From: an uncultured archaeon
Lineage (GTDB): Archaea; Asgardarchaeota; Jordiarchaeia; Jordiarchaeales; Jordiarchaeaceae
Direction of reading: 5' to 3'
Assembly: GCA_964510585.1 (NCBI GenBank)
Contig: CAZECW010000193.1
Location: 33,930 to 65,929, forward strand
Length of the DNA: 32,000 nucleotides
In this document: one piece after another, positions 19,427 to 26,237 of the stretch
How positions within the stretch are numbered: the stretch's first letter is position 1
How the letters are laid out: the number at the start of each line of letters is the position of its first letter
Translations under genes and position numbers: made by a program
Notes under the pieces: model-generated
Seen by the model: the letters and a program-made list of their open reading frames with translations, nothing else
The model's database searches: none
What the model was told of the DNA's origin: nothing

Positions 19427-20482
19427 CTGGAAGACTATAGGTTAACGAAGGCAGTAACTCTTTATGGATGATCCTGTAAATTGCCTCAAACCAAGCTTCT
19501 GAATCTCTTGGAAAAAGTGGGCGTTAAAAAGGATCCCTCAGGCAGAGTTGTAGGAGGAATCGGAGAAGACGCAGCGGTCATAAAAATTCAAAAAGATTTG
19601 GTGCTCATAGAAACTGTGGACTTCATAACCCCCAACGTTGACGACCCCTACATTCAAGGCAAAATAGCTGCTGTAAACGTTACCAATGATGTGTACAATG
19701 TAAATCATAATGATTTACATGCATAAGCCATAGGTGGAACCGACGTGGTGAGCTTTCTTGCAATACTGGGAATTCCTGAGAACATGCCCCTCAAGATGGC
19801 TGAGGAGATGTTACGGGGGATAAACGACTTGATAAGTGAGTTGGGCACCACAACCATTACTGGGGGACACACCATAATAAACCCTTGGCCCCTAGTGGGA
19901 GGCGTAGCCTCAGGAATAGCCCACCCAGACCAGATAGTAACTCACAAAGATGCGCAGCCCGGCGACATACTCATACTCACCAAACCCTTAGGCACACAAC
20001 CCGCAATGGCTGTCTACAGAGGATTACGAGACCCCGCCGTGGCAGAACAAATCCTGAAGTTGGTTTCTCGAAAGGAAGCAGAAGAAATGGTTGAAAAAGG
20101 AATTAAATTGATGACCACCTCAAATAAACCCGTGGCTGAGGTCATGAGGGTGGTTAAACCCCACGCTTCCACCGATGTCACAGGCTTCGGCTTACTCGGC
20201 CACACCCAGGGAATAGCGGAAAGCAGCAAAGTAGACATCACCATTCATACCCTACCCATCATTAAAGGCACCTTACAAATTTCGGATCTCTTTGGCTACG
20301 GCCTGCAATCTGGAGAATCAGCAGAGACCGCTGGCGGCATGATTCTCTTTGTCCCAAGTGATTTAAAGGAAAATTTGGAACACGAACTTGACAGGAGATC
20401 TGTAACCCATTACGAGATAGGAAAAACTAGTAAAGGGTCAGGAAAAGTAGACTTCAGCAAGGCAGAAATACTTGAAGTTTAA
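19427..20482 (+). CDS. selD: Selenophosphate synthetase, Sec-containing; two exons (19427-19696 and 19727-20482), about 341 aa spliced
   Basis: LEDYRLTKAVTLYG-U(TGA 19469-19471)-SCKLPQTKLL gives the U-x-x-K motif. Also GEDAAV, ETVDFITP, DDPYIQGKIAAVNVTNDVY|AIGG, GGHTI, LILTKPLGT, TDVTGFGLLGH, ETAGG. There is an in-frame TAA at 19409, and the only plausible start codon after the RBS is CTG 19427. Confidence 0.93.
19697..19726 (+). other. Candidate 30-nt bulge-helix-bulge/loop (tRNA-type) intron in selD mRNA
   Basis: 10-bp intron stem (19698-19707/19711-19720), 3-nt bulge ACA, 4-bp helix GUGU/GCAU, and AAG on the opposite strand. Cutting after the second nt of each bulge gives TAC|GCC. The insert ends in an in-frame TAA. 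Confidence 0.8.
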
Positions 20483-20483
20483 A

Positions 20484-20541
20484 GCGGCAGTAATGACCTG
20501 CAGACAAAACCCTTCATGGAGGTCTGCGGGGAACATTCCGC
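20484..20541 (+). promoter_or_regulatory. Eukaryote-type SECIS element in the selD 3'-UTR
   Basis: Helix I GCGG/CCGC; core AUGA (20493-20496) opposite GA (20531-20532); helix II CCUGCAGAC/GUCUGCGGG; apical AAAA (20506-20509) plus a mini-stem CUU-CAUG-GAG. It starts right after the TAA stop. Confidence 0.88.
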
Positions 20542-20643
20542 CTAGCAAGGTTGGTGCCGCCCCTACAAACTAATTAGTTTCCACACTGGTAGAAGCTTGA
20601 AGGAGCATTCCCCCTTCGTGGGTGTTGTTTTCAAATTTTTTAT

Positions 20644-20751
20644 TCCTTTTCCGGGTCCAAACAGGCATTTTTCTGTGCTTCAAAAGCCGATTTGCGGCTT
20701 AAAACAACATTTTTCCTGCTTCCCGAAAATTTTCCACAATAGGTAGCTAGG
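20644..20751 (+). repeat. Dispersed intergenic repeat, copy 2
   Basis: Direct repeat of 17226-17321; contains the palindrome AAGCCG-ATTTG-CGGCTT. Confidence 0.8.
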
Positions 20752-20976
20752 CTGGCTGTGTCACACTTTTTTTGGGTTTTAACTTTAAAATTTTTGTTAT
20801 AATAATATGCGGTTTCTGAATTTTAACGATTTTTCCAGTCACTAATCTCTTTCTGGGACCATTTTCGGCGGTCTTGGGCACGTAAGAGTTAAATATAACA
20901 TTAAATCCAAACTAAAACGTTTTAAAAACAACAAATTACGTGAGTGACGGATAATTCGATTTGAGAGGCGACTTGA

Positions 20977-21231
20977 ATGGTTGACCCTACAATTATTCAC
21001 GTGGCTCTCATAGCTCTAGCAATAATTTTTGGAATAATCGCTGTGGAACTAAAAAGACTAGACCATGCAGTAATTTCATTCGCCGCGATGAATGTAGTCT
21101 TAGGGGCCCTATTCTACCTACTCTACGCTCCCTGGGTAGCAGTGTTCCAGTGGCTAATCTACGCCGGAGCCATAGTAGTTCTCTTACTAGTCACCGTAAG
21201 CCTCACCAGAGAAGCACGCGAGAGTGAGTAA
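20977..21231 (+). CDS. NuoJ N-terminal-half-like (DUF4040/MbhD-like) membrane subunit
   Basis: Three TM helices, APWVAVFQWLIYAGAIVVL. Confidence 0.85.
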   Translation: MVDPTIIHVALIALAIIFGIIAVELKRLDHAVISFAAMNVVLGALFYLLYAPWVAVFQWLIYAGAIVVLLLVTVSLTREARESE

Positions 21232-21233
21232 AA

Positions 21234-21557
21234 ATGGTTAGTGAAACCATAATAAAAGTCACAAGAATTCTGGCAAGCATAATCCTAGCAGCATTCGTCA
21301 TAGCAACAGTAATAAAAGTGTTCTGGCTAACCCCCGGAGTCTTCTACCCCTTCTACCTATCACTATTCCCACCAATGGCAAACGCCACAACGCCAACCGC
21401 CGCAGTTTGGCAAATAGCATTCTTTGAAGGACAATACCTTTGGTCAAACAGAATCATCGACACCATGACACTAGCCATAGTGCTAGTCGCCACAGGAATT
21501 GGAGCAGCAATCATGCTCCGAGAAGAACCCGAAGAAGAGAAGGGAGTTGAAAAATAA
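21234..21557 (+). CDS. MnhB/NuoJ C-terminal-like small membrane subunit
   Basis: Two TM helices with the WSNRIIDT (R-x-x-DT) motif; lies between the J-like and K-like genes. Confidence 0.7.
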   Translation: MVSETIIKVTRILASIILAAFVIATVIKVFWLTPGVFYPFYLSLFPPMANATTPTAAVWQIAFFEGQYLWSNRIIDTMTLAIVLVATGIGAAIMLREEPEEEKGVEK

Positions 21558-21991
21558 TGGCGTTACCCGTATCACCTACAGTTTATTTGGTAGGCGCAGC
21601 CATACTCTACGGAGTTGGACTATACTGCGTCACAACCAAAAGAAACGTCATAAAACTGGTAATCGGCATTGAAATACTGGTCGCAGCAGCCCACCTAAAC
21701 TTCATAGCCTTTTCAGCATACAGATGGTTCACCCAATGGGCCCTAGGCATATTCTCAGTCTTCAGCAGCATGGGAATAACCGACAACCTCACCCTGACAC
21801 TACTTGGATCCTACTTCATCACAGCCAACCTCTACACACCGCTCTACGTTGACCCCCTAGCACACGCCATAGTGATAATATCCATTGTTCTTGGAGGCTG
21901 TGTAGTAGCAATCGCCCTGTCCTTCATAGTGAACCTCTACAAGCACTACGGAACTCTAGACTCAGAAAAAATGAGAAAACTAAAATGGTAG
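21557..21991 (+). CDS. nuoK: NuoK/MnhC-like subunit
   Basis: KRNVIKLVIGIEIL, DPLAHAIVIISIV, YKHYGTLD. Confidence 0.88.
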   Translation: MALPVSPTVYLVGAAILYGVGLYCVTTKRNVIKLVIGIEILVAAAHLNFIAFSAYRWFTQWALGIFSVFSSMGITDNLTLTLLGSYFITANLYTPLYVDPLAHAIVIISIVLGGCVVAIALSFIVNLYKHYGTLDSEKMRKLKW

Positions 21992-22000
21992 GGATGAAAA

Positions 22001-24403
22001 ATGATGATACCATATGCACCTTGGCTTGTTTGGATAATTCCCATGTTAGGAGCAGTCCTAACACCCCTATTTAGCAAAATCCACCACAAATTCAGAGACC
22101 TATGCGCCATACTATTCGCAGGCGCAGCAGCAGTAATAGCCATAAGCATGATACCAGACATATGGGCCGGATACATAACCCTACCCCAACCACAAATACT
22201 ACTGGGACTAACAGCATTCCCCACATACCCCTGGGACATAACAATACCCCTAACCACAGACTGGCACATAATCATCAAGTGGATGGCACTCATACCCTAC
22301 GACTGGACCTACCTCTGGATACCCAACATCCCCATAAACCCACCATCACAAATAGGAGTCTACCTACCCCAAGGACTATACGCAGGAGTACTAGTAGACC
22401 CACTAAGCATATTCATGGCCAACGTAACCGCATGCATAGGATTCCTAATAATGGTCTTCTCCCTAGGCTACATGCACGGAGAACCAGACCTAACACGCTA
22501 CTGGTTCTTCATGAACTTCTTCATCGGCGGCATGATATTCCTAGTAATATCCGACAACCTCATCCAAATGTTCATAGGCTGGGAAATAGTTGGGCTCTGC
22601 AGCTGGGGCCTAATAGGCTTCTGGCACAAAGCCCGAGAACCAAGCCCAGTCCCCGACTACGTAACAGAGGGAGAGTACAACGCCTACTGCGGCATGAAAG
22701 CATTCATAACCACAAAAGTCGGCGACATAGCCCTACTAATAGCAATAGTAATCATATTCTTCGCCTCCGGAACCTTCAACTACGCCCAACTACAGCAAAA
22801 CGCAGCAATACAACTCCTCAACCCACTAATAGGCCTCACAAGTAATGGTCTGGGTTGGGTGAGCAGCCTAGCCATAAGAGGACTACTCCCCGCAGTAGCC
22901 ATACTATTCTTCGGCGGCCCAGTAGCAAAATCCGCACAGTTCCCACTAGACGTATGGTTACCAGAAGCCATGGCTGGTCCCACAACAGTCTCAGCACTCA
23001 TACACGCTGCCACCATGGTAAAGGCAGGTGTATACCTAGTAGCCAGAATGCTACCCATATTCTTCGGAGTACCACACCTACTACAAACCCTAATAGTAGA
23101 CCCCACACTATATACACTCTATGGCCTAACCCTCAACGCCCAACAATGGCTCCTACTCTACATAAACGTCCAAATGGGAATACAAATCTTCTTCACAACC
23201 GTTGCCATCATAGGAGGATTCACAGCCTTCCTCACAGCCAGCATGGGCCTAGTAGCAAGCGAAATCAAAAAAGTCCTAGCCTACTCCACCATGTCACAAA
23301 TTGGATACATGATGCTTGCCCTGGGAATCGCTGGAATCTCTGGAGTCACAGCCATGGGATTTCTCGCTGGTACATTCCACCTCATGGCCCACGCCATCTT
23401 CAAGGCCCTATTGTTCCTTAGCGCCGGAGCGGTTCTCCACGCTGTGGAAACTAAGAACATGTTTGAGATGGGTGGCCTAAAAACAAGGATGCCCATCACA
23501 TACGCCTGCTTCCTTGTGGGTGCTCTATCCCTAGCGGGCTTTCCAGGATTTGCCGGCTTCTTCAGCAAGGAGGCAATACTCGGCGCAACACTACAAGCAA
23601 ACCAACTAATTCTCTTCGCATTGGCAGGAATTGTGGTAGCAATGACCACCTTCTACACATTCCGTATGTTGGGATTAACCTTCCACGGACCAGAAAGCAA
23701 ACATGTCAAAAGCTACGAGAAGGAAAAAGGGCCAGTTCACGAGGCCCCACCAGTCATGTGGACACCACTAGTAGTACTGGCTGGCGGCACAATACTAGCT
23801 GGATGGTTTGAGCCAGTTTTCAGAAAATACTTCCTAGGACCATTCACCAACTACCTGCACAGTTTCCAGGAGCTTTTCCACGTACAGCCATACCTTCTAG
23901 GCGGGCTGATTTTCAGTGAAGTCCCCTATGGCCTGTCCGAAGAGGCAACTCTACTCTTGGAGTACTGGCACTACTTTGAGATGACCAGTTACAGCGGATG
24001 GCTGGCAGAACTGGCAAGCGCTTGGCCATCAATCCTGCTTTCACTGGGACTATTCGCTCTGGGCTTCATACCTGCTTGGTACTACTACATATCCCGAAGG
24101 GGCGCCGCAGAAAGAATAACCAGCAGCCGTTTGGGTGGAGCTATCTGGAAATTCTTGGTAAACAGGTGGTATATCAACCAGCTCTACCACATAGTTTTCG
24201 TCAAGGGATTCCTGGCGGGAATCGCTTGGCTCTACAGAAACCTGGAAGTCAAGGTTCTTGACGGATTCAACTACGCTACTGCAAAGTTGACCATAGTGGT
24301 AAGCGACAAGTTCAGAAGGACACAGACTGGAATAGCGTTCATCAATGCACTAATGATAGTTTTGGGAGTGACAATACTGGCAATAATATTTGTACTATGG
24401 TAG
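22001..24403 (+). CDS. nuoL: NuoL/MrpA-like antiporter subunit with lateral helix
   Basis: FIGWE, KAFITTKVGD, KSAQFPLDVWLPEAMAGPTTVSALIHAATMVKAG, KKVLAYSTMSQ, HAIFKALLFL, GFFSKE, NRWYINQLY...VLDG. Confidence 0.93.
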   Translation: MMIPYAPWLVWIIPMLGAVLTPLFSKIHHKFRDLCAILFAGAAAVIAISMIPDIWAGYITLPQPQILLGLTAFPTYPWDITIPLTTDWHIIIKWMALIPYDWTYLWIPNIPINPPSQIGVYLPQGLYAGVLVDPLSIFMANVTACIGFLIMVFSLGYMHGEPDLTRYWFFMNFFIGGMIFLVISDNLIQMFIGWEIVGLCSWGLIGFWHKAREPSPVPDYVTEGEYNAYCGMKAFITTKVGDIALLIAIVIIFFASGTFNYAQLQQNAAIQLLNPLIGLTSNGLGWVSSLAIRGLLPAVAILFFGGPVAKSAQFPLDVWLPEAMAGPTTVSALIHAATMVKAGVYLVARMLPIFFGVPHLLQTLIVDPTLYTLYGLTLNAQQWLLLYINVQMGIQIFFTTVAIIGGFTAFLTASMGLVASEIKKVLAYSTMSQIGYMMLALGIAGISGVTAMGFLAGTFHLMAHAIFKALLFLSAGAVLHAVETKNMFEMGGLKTRMPITYACFLVGALSLAGFPGFAGFFSKEAILGATLQANQLILFALAGIVVAMTTFYTFRMLGLTFHGPESKHVKSYEKEKGPVHEAPPVMWTPLVVLAGGTILAGWFEPVFRKYFLGPFTNYLHSFQELFHVQPYLLGGLIFSEVPYGLSEEATLLLEYWHYFEMTSYSGWLAELASAWPSILLSLGLFALGFIPAWYYYISRRGAAERITSSRLGGAIWKFLVNRWYINQLYHIVFVKGFLAGIAWLYRNLEVKVLDGFNYATAKLTIVVSDKFRRTQTGIAFINALMIVLGVTILAIIFVLW

Positions 24404-24415
24404 GAGGAATAAGAA

Positions 24416-26236
24416 ATGATAAACAACATTTTAGCAAGCTACGAACTACTTGCATCAATAGCAGTACTACTAATAATGGGACCCATAGTTTACCTTATAG
24501 GAAAAAAGTCCGGCAAAGCTGCAAGATGGCTAGCCTTCCTAACCGCAGCAACATCAGCAGCACTCCTAGCACACATAGGAATAATTTTACTCGACCCCTA
24601 CGCAGTATCCCTAACAGTAACAATTGACTCCACGACATGGACTTACAGCTTCATATACTCAAGCCAAATAGTGCCAACCGCCGCATTACAGTTCAATGTG
24701 CAACTCTACCCCTTCACCACTTCCCTCAACCAAATCCCATGGATATGGAACAACTTCGACCGAGCAATAGCAGTCCCCATGTATCAGGCATACAGTGTAA
24801 TACCCGACTACCCATACCTTGTACTGCTCTCCATGGATCCCCTAAGCAACATTCCAAGACTTCCTTCGCTTACCGCTGGCCTACTCGCCGACGGTTTAAG
24901 CTATCCCATAGCCATACTCATCTCGGGATTGGGCGCCGCTGTAATGTTCTTCTCCGCCTACTACATGAAGGACGTAGAGAGTCCAGGAAGCTTCTTTGGA
25001 AACATGCTATTCTTCATCGGTGGCATGATTGGAGTAGTACTGGCAACCACAGTAATAGAGTTCTTCATCTTCTGGGAAGTAATGCTAATACCATCGTACA
25101 TACTGGTGAACCAGTTCGGACTGACCGAGAATAAGAGCAGAACCGCCCTCAAATACTTCCTGTGGACCACATTCGGCAGCGTAATAATGTTTGTAGGAAT
25201 ATTCATGATGGGCGTAACCCTAAACACCTTCGACTTCCAACAAATGACCCTCAACCTAGCAGCAGCACAAACCGCATACGCAACCTACCTTGGCACACTC
25301 ATACCCTTCGGAGCAACATTCAACCAGTGGCTAAGCCTATTCCTAACCGGACTGGTACTCGTCATACCCGCAATACTAATCTTCATCGGCTTCGCAGTCA
25401 AAATGGCAATATTCCCACTCCACACCTGGCTACCAGACACATATATGGAAGCACCAATGCCCGTCGTCCTACTATTAAGTGCGGCCATGACCAAAACCGC
25501 AGCCTACGGTATCGCCAGATTCCTAGTAATCTACATGGGCCCATCACTACAAATGCTCCAAGTAAGCCTAGCAATAATCGGACTAGTAACCGCAGCTTAC
25601 GGCGGAATCATGGCATTAACACAAAACAACCTAAAGAAAATGCTAGCCTACTCATCTATGAGTCAAATGGGATATATTTTGTTCGGCTTTGCTATGGTTT
25701 CGGTGCTGGGTGTGAACGGTTCGCTTCTACATATTTTGAACCATGGTATTTGCATGGGCGTATGGTTTATGGTTGCAGCAATCATATCGAAGGCTACTGG
25801 CACCTTGGACTTCGATAAACTTGGAGGTTTGTCTGAGAGGATGCCCGCAGTGGCCGCAATTGCTGTTATCGCTGGTTTATCAGTAGCTGGTGTTCCGCCC
25901 CTACTGGGCTTCTCCAGTGAGTGGATGATCTTTGCGGGTGGCGTGATGGCCACTCAGTACCTGCTTACAGCATTGTTAATAGTGGCTACCGCAATCACAC
26001 TGGGCTACTATCTATGGGCGGTTCGTCGGATTTTCTTCGGACCACTAAAAGAGGGACTTGAGAAAGTGACTACTCCTCGAAGCCTACTGGCTCCAATTGT
26101 AGTTCTAGCAGCCTTCATAATCGTGTTGGGCATAGCGCCAGCAATTGCCACACAGTACTTTACGCCGATAATCAACCAGATACTTGCGCCATGGTATGGA
26201 TACCAACAAATACTGTATTTATTAGGAGGCCTGTAA
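24416..26236 (+). CDS. nuoM: NuoM-like antiporter subunit
   Basis: FFIFWEVMLIP, ALKYFLWT, KMAIFPLHTWLPD, KTAAYG, KKMLAYSSMSQMG, GFSSEW. Confidence 0.92.
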   Translation: MINNILASYELLASIAVLLIMGPIVYLIGKKSGKAARWLAFLTAATSAALLAHIGIILLDPYAVSLTVTIDSTTWTYSFIYSSQIVPTAALQFNVQLYPFTTSLNQIPWIWNNFDRAIAVPMYQAYSVIPDYPYLVLLSMDPLSNIPRLPSLTAGLLADGLSYPIAILISGLGAAVMFFSAYYMKDVESPGSFFGNMLFFIGGMIGVVLATTVIEFFIFWEVMLIPSYILVNQFGLTENKSRTALKYFLWTTFGSVIMFVGIFMMGVTLNTFDFQQMTLNLAAAQTAYATYLGTLIPFGATFNQWLSLFLTGLVLVIPAILIFIGFAVKMAIFPLHTWLPDTYMEAPMPVVLLLSAAMTKTAAYGIARFLVIYMGPSLQMLQVSLAIIGLVTAAYGGIMALTQNNLKKMLAYSSMSQMGYILFGFAMVSVLGVNGSLLHILNHGICMGVWFMVAAIISKATGTLDFDKLGGLSERMPAVAAIAVIAGLSVAGVPPLLGFSSEWMIFAGGVMATQYLLTALLIVATAITLGYYLWAVRRIFFGPLKEGLEKVTTPRSLLAPIVVLAAFIIVLGIAPAIATQYFTPIINQILAPWYGYQQILYLLGGL

Positions 26237-26237
26237 A

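Noticed and set aside
19697-19726. selD break as a simple nonsense pseudogene or TAA readthrough
   Set aside because: Readthrough would leave 10 extra residues inside the metal-binding motif. Both exons, the Sec codon and the SECIS are intact, and the insert boundaries match BHB cut geometry. Not formally excluded without RNA data.
16713-20740. TTTTCCACA / GTTTCCACA motifs as DnaA boxes or ORB origin elements
   Set aside because: Archaeal context, no cdc6/orc1 nearby, and no full ORB with G-string. The ORB-like TTCCAAGTGGAAAC near 31984 lies inside an ORF.
22102-25818. Long alternate-frame and antisense ORFs over the hydrogenase genes (e.g. 22102-22845, 22855-23421, 25162-25818, 12896-13468)
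   Set aside because: His/Thr/Pro/Asn-rich shadows of the A/C-skewed codon usage of the real genes; no motifs or RBS.
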